Shown here: one piece after another, positions 1-9,673 of the stretch | Numbering within the stretch: position 1 is the stretch's first letter | How the letters are laid out: each line of letters starts with the position of its first letter | Assembly: GCA_030587475.2 (NCBI GenBank) | Contig: JAUQYZ020000229.1 | Coordinates: 1 to 56,437, forward strand | Source of the DNA: Candidatus Sigynarchaeum calidifontis | Lineage (GTDB): Archaea; Asgardarchaeota; Lokiarchaeia; Sigyniarchaeales; Sigyniarchaeaceae | DNA: 56,437 nt | Direction: 5' to 3' | The notes under the pieces: generated by a model | What the model was told of the DNA's origin: nothing | The model's input: the letters and a program-made list of their open reading frames with translations, nothing else | Databases searched by the model: none | Made by a program: the position numbers and the translations under genes

Positions 1-730
1 TTATCGGGCTCTCGAGGCCGATGCTGTCCTTGTTCTCGATCGTGAACAAGAGCACGATGTCGGGGGCCTTGAACTCGACGGGCTTGTCGATGGCCTTGCT
101 GATGGCCGCCCCGACGAACCTGTTAAAGTGCGACTTGATGAGCTCCCCCCACTTCAGCTCGTTCTCCACGCGCATTTCCTCTTCCTTTTCCATCACGCTG
201 GTCGAAAACCGCGAGCCAACGAGAAAGGTGTGGAACTCGACCTTGCCGGCTTGCTCGCGTGCCATTCGAACCGCTGTTTCCTGCACCTGGCGGGAGAACA
301 CGCCCCCGCACAGCTCGCAACCATCCCACTCCCACGGCACCTTCGGGTCAAGCTCGGGAAATGTGGATCCATCGCCTTTCTCGTTTCCGGTAATGGCCCC
401 GGTGGTTCCGGTAACGGTACGGGCGCTCGTGCTGGCGCCGCCCGGGACCATCGCGTTCAGCTGCTTGGCGAGCCTTGCACCGAGGGGATGGCACGCCGCT
501 GCTTGGCCGATCACGAAGTTCTTGTTCGACGCGTACCCCTCATCTTGCTCCGCGTCTACTTTTTCCTTGAGAATGCCGTGAGCATCGAGCAGCGCTGCCT
601 CGCGCAATATCATTCCCCTAAAGCCATTCTCGATCCCCGTGCCGAGGGCAGCGAACTGCCGGCCAAGACAGTGGTCGCAGAGCGCGTGGCGAGCGAGCAG
701 CTGCTTCACGACATCCGTCAGTCCTGCCAA
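1..730 (-). CDS. pus10: tRNA pseudouridine(54/55) synthase Pus10, N-terminal part (runs off window start)
   Basis: Not in the ORF track because it is open at the edge. Manual translation from TTG at 730 gives LCDHCLGRQFAALGTGIENGFRG, a second CELC pair, EFHTFLVG and WGELIKSHFNRFVG...KPVEFKAPDIV, typical of the Pus10 Zn/THUMP N-terminus. GGGAGG lies upstream. Confidence 0.88.
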   Translation of the reverse strand, partial: MAGLTDVVKQLLARHALCDHCLGRQFAALGTGIENGFRGMILREAALLDAHGILKEKVDAEQDEGYASNKNFVIGQAAACHPLGARLAKQLNAMVPGGASTSARTVTGTTGAITGNEKGDGSTFPELDPKVPWEWDGCELCGGVFSRQVQETAVRMAREQAGKVEFHTFLVGSRFSTSVMEKEEEMRVENELKWGELIKSHFNRFVGAAISKAIDKPVEFKAPDIVLLFTIENKDSIGLESPI

Positions 731-744
731 CCTTGTCGCCTCCC

Positions 745-1143
745 TCAATCGTCCACCGTCATCGACTTGACCGTTGCTTGCCGGCCACCCGCGATCTCCG
801 TTTCCGTGCCGCCGCAAGCCGAGCACGTGAAGGCCCCGGGGTTCATCATCGCCAGCGACGCGCCCACGCCATCGGATGATTCCTTCTTGAATGAGATCTC
901 AGTGATTGCACCACACGCGCCACACCGGATCTTGCCGGGCATACTCGTGACCACGAGCTCCGAGCTAGCAAGTTCTTGGTGGTTTATTTTTATGATATCA
1001 TAGCTGTGACGCAAGAATTCCGGGATGATCATGGTGAACTCGCCGACCTCCACGAGCACCGAGCGCACTTTTTTCACGCCGTTTTTCTTCACGTTTTGCA
1101 GGACGACGTCGACGATATTGCTGGCGAAGGAGAACTCGTGCGT
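745..1143 (-). CDS. hypA: Hydrogenase maturation nickel metallochaperone HypA (apparent ACG start)
   Basis: Motifs (T)HEFSFASNIV...VEVGEFT...IPEFL...CGACG...CSACG...IAGGRQ. The conserved MHE N-terminus is encoded ACG-CAC-GAG at 1143; the track start at 1092 is internal. Confidence 0.88.
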   Translation of the reverse strand, partial: THEFSFASNIVDVVLQNVKKNGVKKVRSVLVEVGEFTMIIPEFLRHSYDIIKINHQELASSELVVTSMPGKIRCGACGAITEISFKKESSDGVGASLAMMNPGAFTCSACGGTETEIAGGRQATVKSMTVDD

Positions 1144-1150
1144 GTCGTGG

Positions 1151-1654
1151 TCACCCGGTGTCGTCGTTATCGAGGAGGCCGTCGTACTTCGACAGCAAGC
1201 CGTCCTTGTCGCGAAAATGCGCGCCCCTCCAAAAGAGTTGCGCGCATTTCGGGCATTCCCAGAAGCTGTCGATGGTCCGGTAGGTGCCTTCCTTCACCCG
1301 GCCTCGTACCCGATCCTTTGGAATGGGCAACAGAATTTCATTGCACTTGGAGCAGCGGCTATTGGCCTGTTCGAAGGAAAACTCGATGCCAAGCTTGGTT
1401 TTCAAGCAAGCGATTTGTTCGCGCAGTGTCTTTCCCTGGACGAGAACCACGCGAGCCGGGTCGCGCAGCGAGAACTGGTCGTCCTTCGTGAGCACGAGCC
1501 GCCCGGTTTCGAGGGCAAGCTTGTAGATGTCGCCGTCGGGCAGCGCGTCCCGGTCCTTCTCCAGCTCCCCCACGTAGAGCGTGTCGTAACCGAAGAAACG
1601 CAAGTTGCGGGCCAGGTTTCCCAGCATGGCATCCACGATGAAACGAGGTGTCAT
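1151..1654 (-). CDS. Mut7-C RNase domain protein (PIN-like plus zinc ribbon, DUF82)
   Basis: FIVDAMLGNLARNLRFFGYDT, LTKD, SRCSKCN, FWECPKCAQLFWRGAH. ATG at 1654. Confidence 0.88.
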   Translation of the reverse strand: MTPRFIVDAMLGNLARNLRFFGYDTLYVGELEKDRDALPDGDIYKLALETGRLVLTKDDQFSLRDPARVVLVQGKTLREQIACLKTKLGIEFSFEQANSRCSKCNEILLPIPKDRVRGRVKEGTYRTIDSFWECPKCAQLFWRGAHFRDKDGLLSKYDGLLDNDDTG

Positions 1655-1743
1655 GGTCCATGACCGGATAAGCTGTCGATTGAACGAATGCCGTGAAAGA
1701 ATCAAGGGGAATGGTGAAAAAAGACGAGGGAAGATACGAGCGG

Positions 1744-2367
1744 CTACGTGGCCTTCTCGGCCGCCTCGTTCTTGATGCAATCGAGGATGAGCCGGGCACA
1801 CTCGTCGTTCTGGTCCTGGAACTCCGCATTGGACTCGGCGACCGTCACGTAGAACCCTTCGACCTTGATCTGCCGCTTCGAGGTGAAATAATCCCCGATC
1901 TTCTTCTTGATCGCCTCGATCTTCTTGTTCATGTCTGCGCCGAGCAAGTCCGCCTTGTTCAAGGCGACGATGATGGTCCGGGGAATGAAGCGCACGGCCG
2001 AGTAAAACTCGAACTGTTCGTCGATGTCCCTGCTCACGTCGAAGACGGCCACGATGAGGCGGGCGATGCGCGAAACCGTCGTGATGCCCATTCGAACCAG
2101 CGGGCGATCATCTCCGCCGGGAGCGAAAAGCGTGTGCATCTTGTCGCCGATACGGAACACGACACGGTTGGGGTGGATCGTCTTCGTTTCTTTCATGTCA
2201 TCCTTGCTCGGCAACGTGGCCTCGCCTGAAAAATCCGCCTTGACGATCGATGCCTCGCCGGTCTTGAACTTGCTCTGGAGGGTCTTGTCCTCCACGTACT
2301 TTACGAAGAGGCGAAGGATTGTCGTCTTGCCGACCGACACGTCCCCGAGGATGCCGACGTTGACCAT
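1744..2367 (-). CDS. Small Ras-superfamily GTPase with atypical G3 (MglA-like)
   Basis: G1 GDVSVGKTT, likely G2 Thr in ETKTI, G3 position LFAPGG (no DxxG Asp), G4 NKAD. Confidence 0.85.
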   Translation of the reverse strand: MVNVGILGDVSVGKTTILRLFVKYVEDKTLQSKFKTGEASIVKADFSGEATLPSKDDMKETKTIHPNRVVFRIGDKMHTLFAPGGDDRPLVRMGITTVSRIARLIVAVFDVSRDIDEQFEFYSAVRFIPRTIIVALNKADLLGADMNKKIEAIKKKIGDYFTSKRQIKVEGFYVTVAESNAEFQDQNDECARLILDCIKNEAAEKAT

Positions 2368-2370
2368 GAT

Positions 2371-3255
2371 TTATTTCGCCTCCTCCATCTTGTATTCAAG
2401 TATTTTATTCAACAAACTCTCATAATCCTCGATTTTATATTGCATTAACATCGAGTTTGAGTGAGCCGTTATGAAGGCCACGAATAGATCTTTCAGATTT
2501 TCGACGTCCTTGTTGACAAAGTCGATTAGACTTTTTTCGTCGGGGTCACCCGTGTAATTTTTTGGTGCCGTACCGAAACCGAAGCGTGCATTTTCCGGCA
2601 AGTTATCGAAGAACCCGAAAGCAGAATTGCCCTGGAACGTGAAGAAAACCATGTACCTGCTGCGAACGGATTCCACGACCTCGGTGAGCTGCACCGACGG
2701 GTACAACTCGGCAAGAAGGAGGTCCTCGTCGTTTTTAATGACATAATAGGGGGTAATGGGGGTTTGTCCCTCCTTGAGCATTTGCTTGGGAGGCATGCTC
2801 ACGAACGGCTGCTTTTCCTCGAGAATTTCCGCCAGGTCGGGGCGATTGTTCTTTTCCAGCACTTCCTTTATCTCGTTGTAGGCCTGGTCGTAATCGGTCT
2901 GGTACGGGACGAGACCGCTCAAGTAGATGCTGATGCAAGAGAACACCGCGTCGAGCACGGGGCGACGGCCGGATTTCTTCGTTTCCGGCCGGATTGTGCC
3001 CGGCCAGTAGCGGATCGTGCTGTAGGTGAAACCGAACGCGCCGAGAAAACCACCGGTGAGCAAGAAAAACTTGAAATTTTCCCCGCCTTCTTGCTCCCCG
3101 AACAATTCTTGGGCCTTTTTCACCAGTGCCTCCTCCACCTCGACGCTGTGAATTTCCGAGTGGACCGAAGGAAACAGCAACCAATCAGATTTTTTTACCA
3201 TTGATCGAACCACGCGCGCGTGATCATTAATTCCCGATCCTTGTAATATGGTCAA
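2371..3255 (-). CDS. Hypothetical protein directly upstream of the GTPase, possible internal duplication
   Basis: 294 aa ORF ending 3 nt before the GTPase ATG. Start may be ATG 3201. PSV...FF...AFGF occurs twice. Confidence 0.7.
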   Translation of the reverse strand: MTILQGSGINDHARVVRSMVKKSDWLLFPSVHSEIHSVEVEEALVKKAQELFGEQEGGENFKFFLLTGGFLGAFGFTYSTIRYWPGTIRPETKKSGRRPVLDAVFSCISIYLSGLVPYQTDYDQAYNEIKEVLEKNNRPDLAEILEEKQPFVSMPPKQMLKEGQTPITPYYVIKNDEDLLLAELYPSVQLTEVVESVRSRYMVFFTFQGNSAFGFFDNLPENARFGFGTAPKNYTGDPDEKSLIDFVNKDVENLKDLFVAFITAHSNSMLMQYKIEDYESLLNKILEYKMEEAK

Positions 3256-3480
3256 TATTGACTCTGTCTCATATATTCTTGTTTATTTAACACGGATAGG
3301 AACTCGACTTTCCATATCCTGGCTTCTGTTGCCGCCATGCGCGCCTGGCAGCTGGCAATTATACATGTCGGCGATGACCAATTTCAGAAAGAGGTGCTGG
3401 GATAATCGAGCATGCCGCCATTTCGATGAAAATACCAAGTTGGACAAGTATAGAGGAAAAATCAAGGACAAGCAACGCTT

Positions 3481-4431
3481 TTAAATGCCGTCTGATAACT
3501 TTGAACCGCACTCGCCGCAGAAGACCGCACGCGGGTCGCTCGTGGGCACCGTGGCGCCGCAGTTCGGGCATTTGCGAACGCCAGTGAAGCCAGCCATGCC
3601 AGGCGGGCTAGCCGCCGGGTTCGTTGGCCCTGCCCGCCCGTCCCACGCGCCGGGCGGCTGGTACCCGTACGCGTCCCGTCCTGCCCACGACGTCGTGCTG
3701 GACGGCGTGGAAAACCGGGGCACCTGCGGCCTCAAGCTCCCGAGCAACGCGAAGACCTGGCTCAGGGTAAAATACCCGATGACCGACACGATGGTCGTCG
3801 CGATGCCCAAGAGCTCGCTCGCGATCAGCTGGGGAATCGGCATCACGATCGCGATGTTTTCGGGGTCGATCGTCGGGTTGTTGATGATCAGGGGAATGCC
3901 CACGATCAGCGACGATGCGATGGCGATGCTGCGCCCGACGATCGCCAGGATCGCGCCGGGCTTCCCGCGGGCGCGGGCATCAATTTCCTCCAAATGGTCG
4001 AAAAACGTGAGCATGAATATCCACGCGATCAACTCGAGGACGATCGTCAAGAGCGAGATGACCGTGCCCGCGGTCAAGATCGGCGAGATGTTGATGGCGC
4101 CCATGCCGCCGCCCGCGAACTCCTCCAGCACCGCGACGAAGGTCAGGGCGAAGATGAGGCCGACCGAGGCAAACGACGCGACCAGCGACACGATCATGAG
4201 GGTCGCGAACATGTTCAAGCGGTCGAACTGGTATTCCTTCGCGGATTTCTTCGCGCTGACGATGATGAGGATCTGGAAGATGAGTAGCGGTATGGAGACG
4301 TAACCCGATATTGAAAAGCCACTAGGGAGTAAATAATTGTCGACGAGGTCGAGCATGGCAGATACCAGAGTGAGAATGGCGAATACCTTGAACCTTAAGC
4401 CGAGTTTGGTGAGATCGTTCTCCATCATCAT
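3481..4431 (-). CDS. Multi-pass membrane protein with C-terminal zinc ribbon
   Basis: About 6 hydrophobic segments, a Pro/Gly linker, then CPNCG...FCGECG. Confidence 0.8.
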   Translation of the reverse strand: MMMENDLTKLGLRFKVFAILTLVSAMLDLVDNYLLPSGFSISGYVSIPLLIFQILIIVSAKKSAKEYQFDRLNMFATLMIVSLVASFASVGLIFALTFVAVLEEFAGGGMGAINISPILTAGTVISLLTIVLELIAWIFMLTFFDHLEEIDARARGKPGAILAIVGRSIAIASSLIVGIPLIINNPTIDPENIAIVMPIPQLIASELLGIATTIVSVIGYFTLSQVFALLGSLRPQVPRFSTPSSTTSWAGRDAYGYQPPGAWDGRAGPTNPAASPPGMAGFTGVRKCPNCGATVPTSDPRAVFCGECGSKLSDGI

Positions 4432-4528
4432 GGGAAAAACTGACCCCCGAGTAACAAGTCAATCTTACTGGACACATGAGAACCTAAGCATAAAAAGGCA
4501 TGCCGGCCGGCACCGGCCACCAGGTCGT

Positions 4529-5314
4529 CTAGTTCCCGGTGATGAGCTGGTTCTTTTCGGCGAGAAAGTCGATGTATCGCTTGATGCTCTCGACCTCGTC
4601 CTTGAACGCGCGGACTTTCATGACGAGCGGCGAGTTCCGGCGATAGGTGAGGTCGATCGGCGTGTCCTTCACGGCGTCCTCGATGAAGATCTTCTTGCGG
4701 CCCTTGAGCGAGTGCATCAAGAATTCCTTGATGTACGGGTCGATCTTGGCCAGTTGATCGACGATGGCCATCTGGATATCGAACTCGGTTGCTTTCTCGA
4801 GGGCCGCGATGAGCGCCTTCGATGCTTTCACGTCTTTGAGCAAAAAGCTTCCGATGAGCTCGACCGCCTTGAGTTTTACCTCTTTATCCGTCTCTTTATC
4901 GAGCCGGTCGATGATCGTGTCGATGATGTTCGCCGATTCGAATTCCACGATCGATTCGAGGACCATCTTGCGGATCTTTGGATCGCCATCCTCGAGCAAC
5001 TTCAAGATCGCGCCCAGGATTTCGGGGTTGCTGGTGTATTTCGCCAGCGTCTTGAGGGCGATCGTGCGAACGCTCTCCTCCGGATCCTTGATCTTGGGAA
5101 TAAGCAGCGTGATCTTGTCCGATGTCTTGTACTTGCCGATGGCCCAGATCGCCGCGCTGCGCACCTCGGCGTCCGCGTCATCGAGCAAGCCGACCAGCGC
5201 GTCGAGAGCACGGATGTTCTTTGAATACCCAATCCCCTTGATGGCTTCGATCTTGTCCTTCGCGCTGGTGTCGGCGGATTTGAGGGTGGAGATCAAGTTA
5301 TCGATAGAACTCAA
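4529..5314 (-). CDS. HEAT-repeat protein
   Basis: Repeated L.D.D..VR..A...L units (DADAEVRSAAIWAIG, DPEESVRTIALKTL, DGDPKIRKMVLESI, ETDKEVKLKAVELI). TTG start. Confidence 0.85.
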   Translation of the reverse strand: MSSIDNLISTLKSADTSAKDKIEAIKGIGYSKNIRALDALVGLLDDADAEVRSAAIWAIGKYKTSDKITLLIPKIKDPEESVRTIALKTLAKYTSNPEILGAILKLLEDGDPKIRKMVLESIVEFESANIIDTIIDRLDKETDKEVKLKAVELIGSFLLKDVKASKALIAALEKATEFDIQMAIVDQLAKIDPYIKEFLMHSLKGRKKIFIEDAVKDTPIDLTYRRNSPLVMKVRAFKDEVESIKRYIDFLAEKNQLITGN

Positions 5315-5470
5315 ACCGAATTCCTCTGGTAGGGTCGATGTTGAATTCGACTTATGCCTTTCAAACTACGGGTCGAATTAAAAGTGTCGAAAGTCACTCG
5401 TGGAACTCGTCGACGAGGCGTGATGCCCCATGGTCGAATCGAGTGGGGGTTCGAAAAGCGAAAAAAGTGA

Positions 5471-7804
5471 TTAGAAAGGAGTCTCACCGAACATGAAGAT
5501 GAAAAATGCCATGACGTGGTTCGCGCTCGCGTCTTGCACCTCGGCGACCACGTAACACCCGTCGCCAACGACATCGGCGGGTTCCACGTCCACGATATAA
5601 GGAACGACCGGGTTGGGGATGACCGGGCCTGCCGGGGGCCCCAGAGGCTCGTTCGTGGTCGCGTTGTACTTGTGCACGTAGATCACCCAATCAGGCATGA
5701 ATGCACCGAGATCCGTGCCCGCGAAGGTTATCACGTTCATGTAGATCATGAACGGCCCCGGCACGTGCAGCGTGTTCGACACCCTGCATCGGTAACCATC
5801 GAAAATCGTGCCCGTCAGGCCATCGGTCGTGCACGTCGCGTTATACGGGTATACAGGGATGCCCGGCGCCCGGGAGTAATCCGGCTCGTTGGGCGGGTTG
5901 GTCGGCTTGTTGAACATCTGGTATGCGGGCTTGAACTGGACGGTCACGTTGCAAGCCGCGGTGTCGTTTAAGTTCATCTTCACGAGGCGCACGTTGTCTA
6001 CCTTCGAGGGGTCGATCGGGATAGGTGCTTGCGTGGAGCCCGGCGTGTTTTTCACGGTATAATGGTAGATCTCGGTGCTGCCGTCCTTGCGTTCGATGAT
6101 CACCGTCACCGAAACGGCCTGGCCTGGCTGCGGCGTTATCCAGATCTCCAGCGGCGCGGACCCCAGCATGGCGAAATCCTCGACGGCGGCACCATAAGGC
6201 GCGACGCTTTCGGTTGACGTGTAACCGGCATCGCCGACAGGCATCGACTCGTCGGGTTTCACCGCCGGGACGCCGTTGTTGTCCTCCGCGGACCCGTCCG
6301 CCCGCCACTGGTAGTACCGGCGGAGCAATTCGGCAAAAGACAGGCCGGTCGCGGCCTCGGCGGCTTCGCGGAAGCCCACCGACCCGCTCATCGAGTTCGT
6401 CAAGTTCTTCAAGACACCCTCGCCGAACGTCTCGTTGATGAACTTGAGCAGCAAGAAGCCATTGCAATAGTCACCATGGGTGAACCCGAACCTGGTCGTC
6501 CCGTTGACCGTGCCATTGCCGAACGTCGGCATGTTCAGGCTCTTGCCGTGCTTGTCCCATGACTGGCCTGGGATGCCCCTCGAATTCACGATCTGGCCGA
6601 TGAGCGTGTTGACTTGCTGCACGGTCAGGTTGTAGTTCCGCGCCGCGCTAACCGTGCCCCAATACGTCGCCTCGCCCTCGTAAAAGGCTTCATTTCCCTT
6701 CTTGATGATGCCTTGCTCGTACTGGTAGGCATGCACGACCTCGTGCTCGACGTTGTACTTCAAATCGACCTTACCCCGGAACTGGCGGGCCGCATCCCCG
6801 GACCGGATCTCGTTTCCCACCCAAATGTAGATCGACCCGTTCGGATACGTGGCGCCGAAGGATGAATTGGCACCCTCGTGGACGCCGATGTGGATGTCGA
6901 GCACGTTGTCATTGCCCAACTTCGGGCCGCCAGCACGCCCGAATCGCGCGAGGTACCTTATCGTTGCCTCGACCATCTCCTTTATCTCGCCCGGGGAGAT
7001 GCCAGGCGTCGGATGCGCGTTCGTGACCGCGATGGGAACGGGGTTGGGGGACTGCGCCCCCACGTACGCGGGGTAATGATCGAGGAACCCGTTGTAGATC
7101 ACCTCGGCGACGTCGGGCACGCTCCCGTTTCCCGCCGGGTCGTCCACGACGTTGTGCAAGTTGTTGAAGGAGGCGGGCGTGGGGGTGTCGTTGTACCAGT
7201 TGCATGACCTGTCTTGGTCCCAGCCCCAGATCGAGATCGATTCGGAATCATTGCTGGTCGAAGCCCCGCCATCCGAGATGTCCCAGCCGGCAAGCCCGAG
7301 AGGCGCCGCTAACCCGCCATAGCAGACATAATCGATGAGATATTCCGTCCCGTTGTCAAAATAGAGGAGCACGTGCCCGGACTGCTCATCCAACAGCCTC
7401 GCCGGGACATCGAGATGCACGACGGCGCTCAACGTGGTGGCATCGATTGACGTGGATCCAGCATCGCCGCGGATGCACGCGTGCCAGAACTCGCCGAACC
7501 CGGCGATCTCGGGGATCGAGGTCTTCGGAACGATGACGTTCCCGTCGCGATCCCTTGTCTCGATGTACCAGTTCTTCAAGGAATTCGTTGAAAAGTTCGT
7601 GAAAGAATACACCTCGATGAACTGGTCGTTCAACAATATGCCGCTGTCAGACTTGTACCTGATTTCGGAAATCATGACCTTAAATGGCTTTCCAGGCGTG
7701 CTGCCTGGAAGGAGGAGGAAACCAAAAACGATGGCCAATGATGCACCCGCGACCATCGCCGAAATCGCGATGGCCCTGGCGTGTTTTATTGTTCTCGGCG
7801 CCAT
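5471..7804 (-). CDS. Secreted or membrane-anchored protein: lamin-tail-like domain plus HEXXH zinc metallopeptidase
   Basis: N-terminal hydrophobic anchor; ISEIRY...DQFIEVY...IDYVCYG...PTPA resembles LTD; HEVVH followed by FYEGEATY is gluzincin-like. ATG 7804 preferred over 7939. Confidence 0.72.
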   Translation of the reverse strand: MAPRTIKHARAIAISAMVAGASLAIVFGFLLLPGSTPGKPFKVMISEIRYKSDSGILLNDQFIEVYSFTNFSTNSLKNWYIETRDRDGNVIVPKTSIPEIAGFGEFWHACIRGDAGSTSIDATTLSAVVHLDVPARLLDEQSGHVLLYFDNGTEYLIDYVCYGGLAAPLGLAGWDISDGGASTSNDSESISIWGWDQDRSCNWYNDTPTPASFNNLHNVVDDPAGNGSVPDVAEVIYNGFLDHYPAYVGAQSPNPVPIAVTNAHPTPGISPGEIKEMVEATIRYLARFGRAGGPKLGNDNVLDIHIGVHEGANSSFGATYPNGSIYIWVGNEIRSGDAARQFRGKVDLKYNVEHEVVHAYQYEQGIIKKGNEAFYEGEATYWGTVSAARNYNLTVQQVNTLIGQIVNSRGIPGQSWDKHGKSLNMPTFGNGTVNGTTRFGFTHGDYCNGFLLLKFINETFGEGVLKNLTNSMSGSVGFREAAEAATGLSFAELLRRYYQWRADGSAEDNNGVPAVKPDESMPVGDAGYTSTESVAPYGAAVEDFAMLGSAPLEIWITPQPGQAVSVTVIIERKDGSTEIYHYTVKNTPGSTQAPIPIDPSKVDNVRLVKMNLNDTAACNVTVQFKPAYQMFNKPTNPPNEPDYSRAPGIPVYPYNATCTTDGLTGTIFDGYRCRVSNTLHVPGPFMIYMNVITFAGTDLGAFMPDWVIYVHKYNATTNEPLGPPAGPVIPNPVVPYIVDVEPADVVGDGCYVVAEVQDASANHVMAFFIFMFGETPF

Positions 7805-7927
7805 ATCGAGCACTCCCTGGAAAAACGTAGAAAACGACCGCGGATCAACATAAAAACCTTTCTTTGGGCCAGGTCGAGAACGAGAGAAGGCATAAAGACT
7901 AAAAATGGGTAATCGGATTCTATCCAG

Positions 7928-8416
7928 GTGATCCATCAATACCTTTCTCTGGTCGCTTTGTTCAATAACATCTTCTTGATCGCCATCTTCGTGATACGCA
8001 AGAACCCGGAATCCCCACTTCTCCGGAAGGTTGGCAAGACGTACCTGGGACTCTTCATCCCGGCAGGATGCGCTGGCATCGTCATCGCGCTGGTGGAGAC
8101 AGTGGATCCAGCATATGTCTTTTTCCTGGTCATGTTCCTCGCTTACCTCGGCCTCGAGACCTTGTTCGACTACGTGCTGAAGGTGGATTTCCGTAGAAAC
8201 TGGAAATTACTAGTGCCATACCTTGTCTTGTACTACATTTACAACTATGGCTTCTTCGTGATGCCGTGGAAGCAAGATCTGGTTCTCGGCGTCATCCTCC
8301 TGTCCCTATTCATCGCCCAACTCGTCACCAACGCCATCACGCATCCCAGGTCTGAAAAAAAGGCAGGGATTGGGGGAGAGGGAAAGCACGCGGCGCCTGT
8401 GGATCCAACGCCGTGA
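7928..8416 (+). CDS. Small multi-pass membrane protein, unknown function
   Basis: About 5 hydrophobic helices. Confidence 0.7.
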   Translation: MIHQYLSLVALFNNIFLIAIFVIRKNPESPLLRKVGKTYLGLFIPAGCAGIVIALVETVDPAYVFFLVMFLAYLGLETLFDYVLKVDFRRNWKLLVPYLVLYYIYNYGFFVMPWKQDLVLGVILLSLFIAQLVTNAITHPRSEKKAGIGGEGKHAAPVDPTP

Positions 8417-8426
8417 ACCCGCGCGT

Positions 8427-8960
8427 CTACGCGCCCTTCCCGGCACTCGCTCCACTTTCCCACGGGAAGACGATCCAATCGCGCGTGTCATCTTTTTCGG
8501 CAACGAAGTCTGGAATAAACGCGGAATAGGATTTCAGGACCAGCGAGGCCGTGTACACGCGGCGAAACCCGAGCCTTTCGATGCTTGCTTTCATGTACTC
8601 GAACGTGCGACCCGTGTCGGATATGTCGTCGACGAGGAGCACGTTCATCTGCCCGCGGCGGTCGCCGGGGATCGAGTAAATGTCCTCGTCGGCGACGCAC
8701 GCGAGACGACCCGGCATGCTACCCTCGTCTTGAGGGCGGATGATGGCGAGGGGCAGCTCCCCGAGCCGGGAAACGAGACAGCGGGCGATCACGAGACCGC
8801 CGCGAAAGATGCCGAGTATCATGTCGACGTGCTCGTGTTTTTCCGCGAGCTGCCCGGTTATTGCTTCGACCAACTTTGTTTCGAGCTGGCCATACTCGGC
8901 CCACATCATGTGCCGCTTCGGGCGCAGGTGCTCGCCCCGCTCCTCGTCGACTTGCTTCAT
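8427..8960 (-). CDS. Type I phosphoribosyltransferase (purine PRTase-like)
   Basis: ILGIFRGG, PRPP loop LLVDDISDTGRT, WIVFPWE. Start overlaps the queC stop region. Confidence 0.88.
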   Translation of the reverse strand: MKQVDEERGEHLRPKRHMMWAEYGQLETKLVEAITGQLAEKHEHVDMILGIFRGGLVIARCLVSRLGELPLAIIRPQDEGSMPGRLACVADEDIYSIPGDRRGQMNVLLVDDISDTGRTFEYMKASIERLGFRRVYTASLVLKSYSAFIPDFVAEKDDTRDWIVFPWESGASAGKGA

Positions 8961-9673
8961 CTACCGGGTGCCTCGCTGAACCCCTTGGAGCGCAGGATGC
9001 AAGAATCGCACGTGCCACACGGTTCTATCTTTCCCCCGGCGACGCGGGGATTGTAGCATGACCACGTGAGGTCATAGTCCACGCCGAGCGCTTTTCCCAT
9101 CTCGATGATCTGGGCTTTCGTCTTGTTGATGAGCGGCACGTGGATCTTGAATTTCTTGGCTGGATCGTCGACATACTTGGAACCGAGGTTGAGCGTTTGC
9201 TCGATTGACTCGATATACTTGGGGCGGCAATCTGGATAGCCCGAGTAGTCGAGCACGTTCACGCCGATGAAGATGTCCTGGATGTCCTTCGACTCGGCGA
9301 GTGCTGCCGCGTAGCTCAAGAAGATCGTATTTCGCAGCGGCACGTAAGAGATGGGGATGGCACTCGCCATCTCCTCGGCGGTCCTGCCTTGCGGGACGAG
9401 CAATGACGTGTCCACCAGCGCCGATGCGCCGATCTGCGAGAAATCGAGGTTGAAGACCGTCCACTTGTCAACGAGGCCGAGCTTCTCCAGCGTTTTGCGC
9501 ACGAATGCCAGCTCGACGACATGGCGTTGCTTGTAGTTGAACGACACGGGATACACGTCAAACCCCTCGTGGATGGCATGGTAGAGCACGGTCGTCGAAT
9601 CGAGCCCACCACTGCACAGCACGACTGCTTTTGGCTTGCCCGCTGCCTTTTCTGCTTTCTTCCCCATGGTCAT
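8957..9673 (-). CDS. queC: 7-cyano-7-deazaguanine synthase QueC
   Basis: SGGLDS, YKQRH, YVPLRN, YSGYPDCRP, TWSCY...CGTCDSCILR. ATG at 9673 overlaps the queD TGA (ATGA). Confidence 0.96.
   Translation of the reverse strand: MTMGKKAEKAAGKPKAVVLCSGGLDSTTVLYHAIHEGFDVYPVSFNYKQRHVVELAFVRKTLEKLGLVDKWTVFNLDFSQIGASALVDTSLLVPQGRTAEEMASAIPISYVPLRNTIFLSYAAALAESKDIQDIFIGVNVLDYSGYPDCRPKYIESIEQTLNLGSKYVDDPAKKFKIHVPLINKTKAQIIEMGKALGVDYDLTWSCYNPRVAGGKIEPCGTCDSCILRSKGFSEAPGR

Noticed and set aside
21-1003. Plus-strand ORFs 21..581 and 128..1003
   Set aside because: Antisense shadows of pus10 and hypA, with no recognisable motifs.
5320-5470. Several gtcgaa/ttcgac words suggesting a tRNA or repeat array
   Set aside because: No cloverleaf and no regular spacing; TCGA is frequent throughout this sequence.
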